64,000 nucleotides of DNA from an uncultured Methanosarcinales archaeon (GCA_964552945.1 CAZKIP010000002.1:136990-200989); one strand, 5' to 3'. Shown: positions 38,491-48,932, counted from the stretch's first letter. Translations and numbers: made by a program. The notes: generated from the sequence alone by a model not told the origin.

Positions 38491-39696
38491 CTACCCTGCA
38501 ACCTTGACCATCAAACTTTCATAAACATCTACACATTTGGCAGCAGGTTCATTCCAACTAAACCTACCAACTTCTCTGGCACCATTCTCACGTAAACTAT
38601 GCCACAATTCATTATAATCAAGAACACCAATAATCTTGCTAGCCATTTCTTCTATATCCCAAAAATCTACTTTCAAACAATGATTCAAAACTTCAGAAAC
38701 ACCCGATTGTTTAGAAATTAACACAGGAACATTGTTGTTTAAAGATTCTAGGGGAGTTATCCCAAAAGGTTCTGAAACTGAAGGCATTACATAGAGATCA
38801 GCCAATTGGTATGCTCTATCTACATCCTTCCCTCTTAAAAATCCTGAAAAAAGAATCTTATCACCAATACCAAGTTCAGCTGCCTTTTCTATCATAGATC
38901 TCTGCATGTCTCCACTTCCTGCCATGATAAATGTAACATCATTACGTAATTCTAATACTTTTTTTGCTGCAGAAATAAAATAATCGGGACCTTTCTGTAA
39001 AGTCACCCTGCCTAAAAACAATACATTCTTCGTCCTTTCCTTTCTAATAGGTTGAGGAGTTAGTTCAACTGCATTATGTACAACTTCAATCTTATCAGGG
39101 TTAACATTATATTTTTCAACCAATTTGTTCTTCGTAAATCTGCTAACAGCTATTATTCTATCAGCATGTTCAAATCCTTCCCTTTCAATCTGATGCACAT
39201 AAGGATGCAATCCATTACCTCCAGTCCTATCAAATTCTGTAGCATGGATGTGTAAAACTAAAGGTTTTCCCGATATTTTTTTGGCTTCATAACCTGCTTG
39301 ATAAGTCATCCAGTCATGAGCATGGATTACATCATGTTCATATTTCTCAGCGACTCCTCCCGCTTGTAGAGTATATCTCCTAACTTCAGAAAATAAATTG
39401 TTCCCATACATAGATTTATTCTTAGTAGGAGAATAATTTGAATCGTTCATCATCATTGTATATTCATCCTCTGTCATATATGCTTGTAATGGAGAATTTA
39501 TTGTAACAACTTTGGCCATCATATCTGCCGCAACTAGCTTAACGTATTCAGAATCAGCAACATCTGGCAAACGAGGCACTACAAAGGTCACATCCACCCC
39601 ATTATTTGCTAAACCTTTTGTCAAACCATAACAAGCAGTTCCTAAACCTCCACTATGATGAGGGGGGAATTCCCATCCAAACATTAAAACTTTCAA
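38491..39696 (-). CDS. GT4 glycosyltransferase (glycogen synthase-like)
   Basis: GWEFPP..SGGLG, HAHDW, GRVTLQKG, SEPFG; TTG start with GAGGTG upstream. Confidence 0.93.
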   Translation of the reverse strand: MKVLMFGWEFPPHHSGGLGTACYGLTKGLANNGVDVTFVVPRLPDVADSEYVKLVAADMMAKVVTINSPLQAYMTEDEYTMMMNDSNYSPTKNKSMYGNNLFSEVRRYTLQAGGVAEKYEHDVIHAHDWMTYQAGYEAKKISGKPLVLHIHATEFDRTGGNGLHPYVHQIEREGFEHADRIIAVSRFTKNKLVEKYNVNPDKIEVVHNAVELTPQPIRKERTKNVLFLGRVTLQKGPDYFISAAKKVLELRNDVTFIMAGSGDMQRSMIEKAAELGIGDKILFSGFLRGKDVDRAYQLADLYVMPSVSEPFGITPLESLNNNVPVLISKQSGVSEVLNHCLKVDFWDIEEMASKIIGVLDYNELWHSLRENGAREVGRFSWNEPAAKCVDVYESLMVKVAG

Positions 39697-39752
39697 AGTG
39701 AAGGCACCTCACTTTGGTGGTTCAAAAAGAGATTTATTTTTGTAACTTTCAT
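39693..39752 (-). promoter_or_regulatory. 19-aa uORF plus an SD/start-sequestering hairpin ahead of the GT4 gene
   Basis: MKVTKINLFLNHQSEVPSL* whose TGA overlaps the TTG start; 8-bp perfect stem 39694-39701 / 39709-39716. Confidence 0.4.
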
Positions 39753-39781
39753 TTCTCAAATCATCTCCAAATAATCAGCAT

Positions 39782-41785
39782 TCATTTTTCATCCAGTTCC
39801 TTCAATTTTGGAGGATTACAATCTTTACATATCCCCAAATTATCAAGTTTCTCCAAATATTTATTGATTGCAATTACAAAACCTGCATGACTCCAAGTTA
39901 ATGGAGCAACTGAAACTGGGCCTCCAGAATGTGGATTAATCTGTTCAGAAAGGATGCCAGTTTCTAAAGCATGAGAAACAACCCAGTCAAATATCTCTAT
40001 AGCAGGTTGTAACATCTCTTTATTGTATGCTTTATGGATATAATACTCAGCCATCCATAATGAAGTTATGAACCATGGATTTCCTGGTGTTCCTTGTTTA
40101 TCAATACGAAAATAATAGTCATCCGTATATCTTGCAAAACCACCACTCGAGGTATTACATTTCAACCTTTCAACAGAAGCATCAATTGAACTTTTCACAC
40201 GCTCATCATCGCTGTCAAGAACGCCAAACTGAAAAATACCATATACACTACTAAAATCTAATGTTGTATCTTTCTTTAACTCATCACCATCATAGTAAAC
40301 CATTTTAACAAAATAACCCAATTCTTCATCATATAAATACTTTAGAATGGCTTTTTTAATTGAATCAGCTACCTTAAGATACTTCTTTTCCGCTTCTTTA
40401 GTTCCAAATATTCTCTCAAAATTAGCAGCAGCATTTAATCCAGCTACAACCGTTGCACAAGTAAAAGTATGGATCCCTAACTTTTCTTCCCAAAGATCGT
40501 ATGTCTCTTTAGGTAAACCTGTTTTTTTGTCAATATATGAAACCATGAAATCAGCAGCAGGACGGATAAATTTGTCAAGGTACTCCTTCATGATTTCTTT
40601 TTTACCATGTTGTACATAATGTTTCCATAAGGCATCTAGCACAAGTGCCGTTTCATCTTCTTGAATTGGTAATTGAATGTTTCCATTTTTTAACCATGAA
40701 TGCCAACTGCTTCCAAGAGAGCCATCTGGACGATATTTATGAAGTAAATAACCATATCTAGTAACAACATTTACACAAAACCTGAAAAATTGGCTAGTAA
40801 CCTCGGTGTGATTAGCCCTATCTAATGAACGAGCAATTAAAGCTCCATCTCTTGGCCACATGTAACTATAGGTATCCTTACGTGAACGAAGCATCTCTGA
40901 ATCAGAAGAAGCGATTATAGAACCTCCTTTATCGGCATGCGTATTAATTATCAACAAAGAACGTTTGAATAAATCAACAACTTCATTTGAAAGACCCATG
41001 AAATTAAATTTAGTTTTGTTAACCCATTTTTTCCAATACTTCTCAGTCTTTTCTAATAACTTTTCCGGTGTTTCCTTTAAAATCAATTCATTTAAATCCT
41101 CTACATTATGGTAACCTTTTCCAACTGCTATCCAATAAAATAACTCTTTTGACTTCTTAGCTGGTAATTGAAGATGAAATGAAATAGTTGAATCGACCGA
41201 ACCATGTTCAACTGGATTGTTACTTAAAACTCCATCTTCAGCATCCTTATAAGTTCCTTCAAGACCAAATTCACCAACTAAACCTGTTGCATATTCAGTG
41301 ATACCCTTTTTGGCAATACAACCATTCATTAAAAAATAACGTTTTCCTTTGTAATGAATTACAGATTTTAATAAGGGATTGTAATAAACAGTATCCCCAA
41401 TGTTTCCTTCTGAAATCTCAAATTGTTGATGAAAGAAAACTCTCACTTCCTTTTTTTCGTTTGATAAATTTTGAAAAGTCAATTTACGTAAAAAAATGTT
41501 TTGATCATAAATTACAGCATCGTTAAAAGTTATTTGTACCCCCAACCTTTCATTAACAGCTACAATATTAGTTACTAAAGTCTCTTTCTTGTATGACAAA
41601 TCCTTCTTCCACTCATCAGAATCAAACCAGGTAAACATTCCATTTACCCAGATGCCAAGATGATGAATCTTACCATTGACATGATTCTCTGAACCAACGT
41701 AGGGAAAATAGAAGTCACGTAACCTAGCATCTCTGTCTAATCCAACTAATATAGTTCCATTTCCTAATACAAAATGTCTAGTCAT
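39782..41785 (-). CDS. GH15 glucoamylase-like glycoside hydrolase
   Basis: YMWPRDG, QEDET, YDLWEE, GNPW, LSEQ, PLTWSHA. Confidence 0.94.
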   Translation of the reverse strand: MTRHFVLGNGTILVGLDRDARLRDFYFPYVGSENHVNGKIHHLGIWVNGMFTWFDSDEWKKDLSYKKETLVTNIVAVNERLGVQITFNDAVIYDQNIFLRKLTFQNLSNEKKEVRVFFHQQFEISEGNIGDTVYYNPLLKSVIHYKGKRYFLMNGCIAKKGITEYATGLVGEFGLEGTYKDAEDGVLSNNPVEHGSVDSTISFHLQLPAKKSKELFYWIAVGKGYHNVEDLNELILKETPEKLLEKTEKYWKKWVNKTKFNFMGLSNEVVDLFKRSLLIINTHADKGGSIIASSDSEMLRSRKDTYSYMWPRDGALIARSLDRANHTEVTSQFFRFCVNVVTRYGYLLHKYRPDGSLGSSWHSWLKNGNIQLPIQEDETALVLDALWKHYVQHGKKEIMKEYLDKFIRPAADFMVSYIDKKTGLPKETYDLWEEKLGIHTFTCATVVAGLNAAANFERIFGTKEAEKKYLKVADSIKKAILKYLYDEELGYFVKMVYYDGDELKKDTTLDFSSVYGIFQFGVLDSDDERVKSSIDASVERLKCNTSSGGFARYTDDYYFRIDKQGTPGNPWFITSLWMAEYYIHKAYNKEMLQPAIEIFDWVVSHALETGILSEQINPHSGGPVSVAPLTWSHAGFVIAINKYLEKLDNLGICKDCNPPKLKELDEK

Positions 41786-41838
41786 CTTTTTTTACTTTGT
41801 TGTTCGATTGATTAAAAATAAAGTATAAAATAAAAAAA

Positions 41839-41949
41839 TTAACCACACGTAGTACAAACACCTTTACCTTTGATAATTTTAGGTTTTTTAGGTTTTTTTG
41901 CTTTAACAGGTTTCTTTGTAGTTTTTTTCACAACTTTTTTTTTGGCCAT
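41839..41949 (-). CDS. 36-aa Lys-rich microprotein ending in CxxCG (not in the ORF track)
   Basis: MAKKKVVKKTTKKPVKAKKPKKPKIIKGKGVCTTCG*; directly downstream of the glutaredoxin and followed by a T-rich tract. Confidence 0.6.
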   Translation of the reverse strand: MAKKKVVKKTTKKPVKAKKPKKPKIIKGKGVCTTCG

Positions 41950-41978
41950 CTTAATGTCAAACTATACCTCAAAACATC

Positions 41979-42218
41979 TTACTTTTTACCTTTTTTAACA
42001 AGTTTCATGATCTCTTTGGGAGCATACCCAACAACAATGATTCCATTGATGTCAAGTACTGGAACTCCAGTTTGACCAGATTTTTCAACCATTTCTTTTT
42101 GATTTTCAGGTTTGGTAGCATCTTTCTCAGTATAAGGAATTTTGTTTTCCTTAAGAAATTCTTTTGTTTTTTTACACCACGGACAAACAGAAGTAGTGTA
42201 AATAGTTAATTTTCCCAT
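41979..42218 (-). CDS. glutaredoxin/NrdH-like redoxin
   Basis: YTTSVCPWC, SGQTGVP; GAGGTGA upstream. Confidence 0.93.
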   Translation of the reverse strand: MGKLTIYTTSVCPWCKKTKEFLKENKIPYTEKDATKPENQKEMVEKSGQTGVPVLDINGIIVVGYAPKEIMKLVKKGKK

Positions 42219-42389
42219 CTTTTCACCTCAATTATTTAATATATTTTTTCAAACAATTTATTATGTAAATATTATATTTATTTTCTAAGTATTATGTTTT
42301 AGTTTATAATTCTTACCATAAGTTAAAAAGTCATAAGTTAAAAAAAAGAACATTTAAAAACACCAACTTCTTTCCAAAAAAAAAGAGGG

Positions 42390-44753
42390 ATGTTTATGGT
42401 CAAAAAAAGAGATGAGATTAAACCGAGAAGTAGTCTTGATAAAGTTATACAATTATTAATTCCACCTTCATTGGTGCTTCTTCTTGTTGTTACAATAATT
42501 GAATTATTCTATGGTGTTAGTAAAGGAATGGGTATCTTTATTGACATTTTCGACGTTTATGTAATTGTCATTTTTGCTATTGATCTATATTATAGATGGT
42601 TTGATACACCTCAATTCTTTCCTTATGTTAAAAAACACATTCTTGATATCATTGCTACAATTCCTTTCAACTTAATATTTTTAGGAATAGAAGGCCTTGT
42701 TTTAATTAGAGCTTTAAGAGGAATTAGAATTTTAGCTAGAGCTGCCAGACTTGCTAGATTTGCAAGGTATGGACGTCTACTTAGACTAATTAGATTTGGA
42801 GCAAGGGCTCCGAGATTTATTAGGACAAGGAAATATGTCAAAAAAACAAAAATAAGGAAAGTTCAGCCTCACGAAAAAACTATGAAGAAAACTCTAAGTT
42901 TCAAGGTCATCTTATTAATTACCATCAACTCAATTATGGGAACTGGGATCTGGTTCCTTACATCCGCTGGTGCAAAGCATGCCGGTCCAGCTTCTTTATT
43001 ATCTTGGGGAATTCTTTCGCTAATATCTGTTTACATCGCCATGTGTTTTGGTGAATTAGTTTCTATGTTTCCCAAAGCTGGAGGAGTATATGAGTTTGCA
43101 AAACAATCTTATGGAAGATTCTGGTCTTTTATCATTGGTTGGACAACATCAATTGCTGGTAGTGTAACAATAGCTATGCTTCTACTTGGTGCATTGCAAT
43201 ATCTCATCCCTATTAAGTATGCATTTACTTATGTTCCTATTGCTATTTTTTTAATCGTTGCATTCAGTTACGTTGCTTTCAGAGGAATGCAAACATCAAC
43301 CGTTGTTCTTGTAACATTCGCTCTTATTACCTTAACCGCAGTCATTGCAATAATTATTCCTGGGTTCATTAATCTTAATCCACAAAATTTTGATCCTTTC
43401 TTTGTTTTTCCAACAATGAGTGTTATTTTAGCAATCTTCTTTATTGCAGAAACCTTTTTTGGGTGGGAATCAGCAATCTTTCTGGCAGCTGAAACCAAAA
43501 ACCCATCTAAGATAATGCCAAAAGCATTAATTTATGGAACTCTAATTATCGCAGTGCTATCTTTCTTATTAGCTTTCACAGCAATGGGAACAATTCCGTG
43601 GGAACAATATTCGGCATCTCTTGCTCCACTTAAAGATTTAGGAGCCACACATTTTGGATCAGTTGGAGGGATAATCTTTGCCGTCCTAATTTTTATTTCA
43701 GTAATTGGAGCAACTGCTGGATGGATTGTTACCGCCCCTAGATTACTGATGTCAATAGCAGAAGATAAATTATTCTTTACTCAATTTGCTAAAATTCATC
43801 CTAAACATAAAAGTCCTTACGTTTCAATAATGTTTCAAATACTGGTTGTCTCTGCTTTAGTTTTTGTTGGAGCAGGTTCTTACGAAACTTTACTTCATAT
43901 GTTAATTCCTCTCATTTTAGTTGTCTATTCAGCAGTGTTGTTAAGTGTGGTAATATTGAGGTTCAAGAAACCAGAACTTAAACGACCATACAAAGTTATG
44001 TTTGGAAAAGTTGGACCTATGATTACAATTCTTTTCATGATTTTCTTACTTTACATGTTCATTGTAGAAACCCATAGTGCATTAGATATACTTAGAATTT
44101 CAGCTGGTTTGATTGCCTTTGGAATACCTGCTTACTTCGCTATTGAATTGTTTTATGACAAAAAATATGTTACATTAAGACGTAATATGATGGCCAACTT
44201 ATCTCATTATTATAACGTTATTCCATTACCTAAGCGAACCTTCAACAAAATAATTTCATTGGTAGGTCCATTTAGTAAAAAGAAAAAAATAATGGTTTAT
44301 AACTCTCCTATGGGATCATTTACTCAGAAAATTGTTAAAACTAAAATGCCTTTCCGTAAAATAATTATTGCCAATCAATCTAAAGAAGAAATTAAAGTTT
44401 TCAAAGAAAAAGTTTCTGAAAAAAATAGAAAACATATTAGTATTAAATTATTAAGAAATTTAAAAATTCCTACAGATTGCGAAAGAGTAGATTCATTTGT
44501 TTCCTTTAATGACATAGGTTATGTTAAAGATGTCCCTGCATTTGTTCATGATGTAAAAAGAATTCTTAATAAGAAAGGGAAATTTTGTTTCTATAGTAAA
44601 AGTAATTTTATGAACATTTCACCAAATGCCATATTGGTTGAAGACAAGAAAAAGATTCTTGCCCTGTTCAAGAAAGAAAAGTTATCAGTAAATTATTCCA
44701 GAAGAAAAAGATTATTTAAAACAGAGATTTTTATCTATGGAAAAAAGAGGTAA
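42390..44753 (+). CDS. APC amino-acid permease fused to an N-terminal voltage-sensor domain (S1-S4) and a C-terminal degenerate SAM-MTase-like domain
   Basis: S2 IFAIDLYYR, S3 ILDIIATIP, S4 RxxR repeats; APC motifs INSIMGTGI, AGPAS, GELVSMFPKAGGVY, FFGWES, AAETKNP, PR..MSIAED, RPYK. Confidence 0.88.
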   Translation: MFMVKKRDEIKPRSSLDKVIQLLIPPSLVLLLVVTIIELFYGVSKGMGIFIDIFDVYVIVIFAIDLYYRWFDTPQFFPYVKKHILDIIATIPFNLIFLGIEGLVLIRALRGIRILARAARLARFARYGRLLRLIRFGARAPRFIRTRKYVKKTKIRKVQPHEKTMKKTLSFKVILLITINSIMGTGIWFLTSAGAKHAGPASLLSWGILSLISVYIAMCFGELVSMFPKAGGVYEFAKQSYGRFWSFIIGWTTSIAGSVTIAMLLLGALQYLIPIKYAFTYVPIAIFLIVAFSYVAFRGMQTSTVVLVTFALITLTAVIAIIIPGFINLNPQNFDPFFVFPTMSVILAIFFIAETFFGWESAIFLAAETKNPSKIMPKALIYGTLIIAVLSFLLAFTAMGTIPWEQYSASLAPLKDLGATHFGSVGGIIFAVLIFISVIGATAGWIVTAPRLLMSIAEDKLFFTQFAKIHPKHKSPYVSIMFQILVVSALVFVGAGSYETLLHMLIPLILVVYSAVLLSVVILRFKKPELKRPYKVMFGKVGPMITILFMIFLLYMFIVETHSALDILRISAGLIAFGIPAYFAIELFYDKKYVTLRRNMMANLSHYYNVIPLPKRTFNKIISLVGPFSKKKKIMVYNSPMGSFTQKIVKTKMPFRKIIIANQSKEEIKVFKEKVSEKNRKHISIKLLRNLKIPTDCERVDSFVSFNDIGYVKDVPAFVHDVKRILNKKGKFCFYSKSNFMNISPNAILVEDKKKILALFKKEKLSVNYSRRKRLFKTEIFIYGKKR

Positions 44754-44761
44754 TATAATAT

Positions 44762-45172
44762 TCATAGAACCTTAAATTTTTCTTTTTTTTTGATAAAATC
44801 AATAGATAATGAATTTATACAAAATCTTTTACCAGTTGGTTCAGGACCATCATCAAAAATATGTCCCAAATGGCTACCACATTTTTTGCATGTAACTTCG
44901 GTTCTTTTCATTCCAAGACTAGAATCATCATTGAATTCTATAGCATCTTTTTTTGCATCGTAAAAGCTGGGCCATCCACAAGATGAATCATATTTTGTGT
45001 CTGATGAAAATAATTCATTGCCACAAGCAGCACAAAGATACTTCCCTTTTTTATCATACTTGACATATTTTCCACTGAAAGGAGCTTCCGTCCCCTTTTC
45101 TCTCAAAACGTGGTATTCTTCAGGAGTAAGTTTCTTTTTCCATTCTTCTTCAGATATGGCCACTTTCTTCAT
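44762..45172 (-). CDS. msrB: methionine-R-sulfoxide reductase
   Basis: [33 protein letters not shown]. Confidence 0.97.
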   Translation of the reverse strand: MKKVAISEEEWKKKLTPEEYHVLREKGTEAPFSGKYVKYDKKGKYLCAACGNELFSSDTKYDSSCGWPSFYDAKKDAIEFNDDSSLGMKRTEVTCKKCGSHLGHIFDDGPEPTGKRFCINSLSIDFIKKKEKFKVL

Positions 45173-45266
45173 ATTCTGTAGCAGATTGTTTTCATCTATA
45201 AAGTTTTTGATTCAAAAATAAGTGTTATACAAAAAATTTATAACTAACAGTAAACAAAATCATGAA

Positions 45267-45599
45267 ATGGCAATAACATGGAATGATTTTGAAAAAGTAG
45301 AAATGAGAGTTGGTACTATCATTGATGCAGAAGATTTTCCTAAAGCTAGGAATCCAGCATATAAATTAAAAATAAACTTTGGAGATAATGGAATCAAACA
45401 ATCAAGCGCGCAAATTAAAAAATTATACAATAAAGAAGATTTAATAGGAAAACAAATTATTGCAGTAACAAATTTCCCACCTAAACAAATTGCTAATTTT
45501 ATGTCAGAGTGTTTGGTTCTCGGCATTGTTCTAATAAATAACGAGGTGGTTTTATTTCATCCAGAAAGAGAAGTGACCAATGGATTACGTATTGCATAA
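45267..45599 (+). CDS. csaA: CsaA / tRNA-binding OB-fold protein
   Basis: DFEKVEMRVGTI, PAYKL, SSAQI, NFPPKQIA, SECLVLG. Confidence 0.92.
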   Translation: MAITWNDFEKVEMRVGTIIDAEDFPKARNPAYKLKINFGDNGIKQSSAQIKKLYNKEDLIGKQIIAVTNFPPKQIANFMSECLVLGIVLINNEVVLFHPEREVTNGLRIA

Positions 45600-45601
45600 A
45601 A

Positions 45602-46783
45602 TCAGATGTACTTCTTTCCAACTACTTTATACGCTTCTCTAAAAGGCATGCCTTTCTCAACTAACTTATATGCTTCTTCTGTGGCATACAACTCATCACT
45701 CATTGCATCAGAACACTTCTTCTCATTCATTTGTATGTTAGACACAACTAAAGAAGCAATAGCCAAAGATTGTTTAACAATATCTACTGAGTTCATTAAA
45801 GGTTCTTTAGTAAGTTGCACATCTCTGTTATATCCAGACATTAAATTAGTAATCAAACTTTTTATTTTAAACTCCTCGCCCAGAATCACATAATACTTTG
45901 CTTTAAGTAATTCTAAAACATCTGGATTCTTTTTTTGCGGCATGATTGAACTTCCAGTACAAAATTCTGTAGGCAATTTAATAAAACCAAATTCTTTCAT
46001 GCTAAATAACAATAAATCAGTTGCTAATTTATTCAGATCAAACATTATTGATGAAATCACATTTACAATTTGTCCAGCAAATTTTCCTCTACTTAATTGG
46101 CAATACATTGGATTTTTCATTACTTTTGAGAAATTCAATTCTTTAGCAGTGAGAGTTTTATCTATCTTAAAAACAGGTACTCCAAAACCTGCAGCACTAC
46201 CTAAAGGATTCTGATCTACTAAAGTGATAACAAAATCAAGTAACAAAATGTTGTCCTTCATCGAATCTTTGAAACTACCTATCCACGTTTTAACATTGGT
46301 TGGCATTGCTTTCTGCATATGCGTATAACCAGGAATCTCTATATTCCCATTAAGATTAATGAATGTCTCCATCTCCCGAATAACCCCTAAAGACAATTTT
46401 TTTATCTCTAATAGCTCTTCCTTCTGATATAACCTAATAGCAGTAAGAACTTGATCATTTCTTGACCTCCCTGTATGTATCTTCTTACCTAACTCACCAA
46501 ACTTAGAAATTAAAAAATTCTCAATAGCTGTATGACAATCCTCATCCTGTTGTTTCAAAATAAATTTACCCTCAGAATTCAACTGAATTATCTCATTTAA
46601 TCCTGAAATTAATTTATTGAGTTCTAATGAGTCAAGCAAATTTATGCTCTTCAACATTTTTGCATGAGCTATTGAGGCAAGACAATCATATTTCACCAGC
46701 TTTTTATCTAGCAAAATATCATTTCCTACTGTAAATTTTTCAATCTCTTTCTCTAGTTTGATTCCCTTATCCCATATTTTCAT
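45602..46783 (-). CDS. argH: argininosuccinate lyase
   Basis: [32 protein letters not shown]. Confidence 0.95.
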   Translation of the reverse strand: MKIWDKGIKLEKEIEKFTVGNDILLDKKLVKYDCLASIAHAKMLKSINLLDSLELNKLISGLNEIIQLNSEGKFILKQQDEDCHTAIENFLISKFGELGKKIHTGRSRNDQVLTAIRLYQKEELLEIKKLSLGVIREMETFINLNGNIEIPGYTHMQKAMPTNVKTWIGSFKDSMKDNILLLDFVITLVDQNPLGSAAGFGVPVFKIDKTLTAKELNFSKVMKNPMYCQLSRGKFAGQIVNVISSIMFDLNKLATDLLLFSMKEFGFIKLPTEFCTGSSIMPQKKNPDVLELLKAKYYVILGEEFKIKSLITNLMSGYNRDVQLTKEPLMNSVDIVKQSLAIASLVVSNIQMNEKKCSDAMSDELYATEEAYKLVEKGMPFREAYKVVGKKYI

Positions 46784-48002
46784 TGTTAGTACCTAATTTA
46801 AGTCGCAGGGCGTTCAATTTAATGAAACCAATTGCATCAGTCTGGTCATAGCCACCAGCCTTATCCATGCTGGCAATGTCCTGGTCATACAAGGACTTTT
46901 CAGACTCACGGGCTGTTACGTAAGCATTGCCCTTGTAAAGCGTCATATAGACCTTACCATCAATGTTTTCTTGACTCTTGTCTATTGCACTCATTAATAC
47001 TTCAAATTCAGGACTGAACCAAAAACCATTGTATATCAGCTCCGCAATCTTGGGCATCAACAAATCCTTCAAATGACATACTTCCTTGTCTAAAGTTATT
47101 CCCTCGATGTCCAGATGTGCCTTTAACAAGATGGTCCCTGCAGGTGTTTCGTAAATCCCTCTAGATTTAATTCCAACAAAACGATTTTCAACAAGATCAA
47201 TTCTTCCAATTCCGTTCTGAGCACCAAGTTCATTTAAGTATTGAAACAGCTCCAATGCTCCCGTAACTTCTTCCTTCTCAGTCAAATTAACAACACTAAC
47301 TGGAACACCTTGTTTAAACTCAATCATGATTTTAGTTTCTTTATCTGGGGCATTTTTAGGAGAAACTGTTTTTAGAAACATTTCTTCCATTGCTTCATAC
47401 TTTGGATCTTCAAGTAACCCAGCTTCATAACTAATGTGCATGATATTATCATCCATACTATATGGCTTTTGATGTGTCGAATCAATTGGAATTCCTTTTT
47501 CCTTAGCATAATTGATTAGGTCAGTTCTTCCATCAAATTGAGTTAAAAATTCTTGATTTTTCCAAGGACTTATAACCTCTACTTCTGGCATCAATTTCAT
47601 GTACGCTAATTCAAATCTCACCTGGTCATTACCCTTACCAGTAGCTCCATGAGAAACTAAATTGGTTCCCTCTTTCTTAGCAATCTCAATTTGCTTTTTT
47701 GCTATTAGCGGTCTTGCTAAAGAAGTTCCAAGAAGGTACTTACCTTCATAGAGAGTATTTGCTTTCAAAGATTGAAAAATGTATTTTTTTACAAACTCTT
47801 CTTTCAAATCTTCTACATAAACCTTGCTAGCCCCAATTGAAAGAGCTTTAGATTTAGCTTTGTCAAAATCATCATCTTGACCAACATCTGCAATATAACA
47901 AATAACTTCATATCCTTTATCCAAAAGCCATTTGAGTATTACAGAAGTATCAAGTCCTCCCGAATACGCTAGTATTACTTTTTCTTTAGTTTTTTCTACC
48001 AT
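46767..48002 (-). CDS. argG: argininosuccinate synthase
   Basis: [35 protein letters not shown]. Confidence 0.97.
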   Translation of the reverse strand: MVEKTKEKVILAYSGGLDTSVILKWLLDKGYEVICYIADVGQDDDFDKAKSKALSIGASKVYVEDLKEEFVKKYIFQSLKANTLYEGKYLLGTSLARPLIAKKQIEIAKKEGTNLVSHGATGKGNDQVRFELAYMKLMPEVEVISPWKNQEFLTQFDGRTDLINYAKEKGIPIDSTHQKPYSMDDNIMHISYEAGLLEDPKYEAMEEMFLKTVSPKNAPDKETKIMIEFKQGVPVSVVNLTEKEEVTGALELFQYLNELGAQNGIGRIDLVENRFVGIKSRGIYETPAGTILLKAHLDIEGITLDKEVCHLKDLLMPKIAELIYNGFWFSPEFEVLMSAIDKSQENIDGKVYMTLYKGNAYVTARESEKSLYDQDIASMDKAGGYDQTDAIGFIKLNALRLKLGTNNENMG

Positions 48003-48163
48003 TTTAATCAAAAACTATTTTTTTGATAATGATTTATAGTTGATGACCAATACAAAACTTAAATAGACAGATTTGTTCTATTTGAAACAGAGTAGTTAAA
48101 TTTATATATTGCAACATATTTCATTAATCGGATAGGATTAAAAGAAACCTTAGCAAATTCAAA

Positions 48164-48817
48164 ATGAAGAAAAATAAAGATTTTGGAAAAAGTACAACTG
48201 AATTAACTAATGAGTACATTAATGAACATCCCTATGTGAAGAATTGTTTAAAGAAAGGTCTCATTAATTATTCTGCTTTAGCCAGACATATTTCTAAAGA
48301 ATTAAAAATAGAAAAACAAAGTTCTAAGGAAGCTATTCTAATAGCAGCAAGAAGAACTCATGATAAACTGAAAAAAGAATTTGTAGAAGAGAAAGAAATT
48401 TCTAAACTTCTTGCCATGTCAGAGATAGAAATAAAGAATAAAATAGTAGTTTTTATCGTGCATAAAATGATTAGTTTTGATTACATTGAAAAGATGCAAA
48501 CTCAAATAAAAAGAGAATCTGGTTTTTCTTATGTACTTGAAGGTTCTGATAATTACACAATTATTACACAAGAAAAATTTTCAAAGCTGATAGAGAAATA
48601 TTCAAAACCAATAAAAATTAACAAAAACATGGTTTTGATAAACATAAAATCACCCAAAGAGATTGAAACCATTCCTGGTGTAATTGCATATTTAACTTCT
48701 TTATTTGCGGAGAATGGGGTTAATATCTCTGAGTTCTTATCTTGCTGGACTGATACAATTTTTGTAATTCATCCTAAAGATCTTAACAAATCAATCAACT
48801 TTCTCAATTTTGATTAG
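48164..48817 (+). CDS. ACT-domain protein, putative amino-acid-responsive regulator
   Basis: GLINYSALAR N-terminal domain plus C-terminal ACT (PGVIAYLTSLFAENGVNI); divergent from argGH. Confidence 0.85.
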   Translation: MKKNKDFGKSTTELTNEYINEHPYVKNCLKKGLINYSALARHISKELKIEKQSSKEAILIAARRTHDKLKKEFVEEKEISKLLAMSEIEIKNKIVVFIVHKMISFDYIEKMQTQIKRESGFSYVLEGSDNYTIITQEKFSKLIEKYSKPIKINKNMVLINIKSPKEIETIPGVIAYLTSLFAENGVNISEFLSCWTDTIFVIHPKDLNKSINFLNFD

Positions 48818-48932
48818 AATAAATATTTTTTCTAAAAATTATAAGAAAATTCAGCTATACCCCTCCCCCATTATAGTAAATATTATAAATGTCCTTTATT
48901 TAATACAGAAAAACTATCATCTGAGGTGAAAA

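Noticed and set aside
38388-38501. ORF-track N-terminal extension of the DUF5752-TM gene (similar extensions for sod, ferredoxin, csaA and DUF655)
   Set aside because: Downstream ATGs have SD or TATA support and match family N-termini; the extensions run through AT-rich intergenic DNA
42317-42344. 13-bp direct repeat CATAAGTTAAAAA upstream of the VSD-APC gene
   Set aside because: Could be an operator, but it is mostly A-rich, has two copies only and no linked regulator
42390-42850. Truncated potassium channel pseudogene
   Set aside because: No TVGYG filter or pore remnants; the frame continues without a stop into the permease
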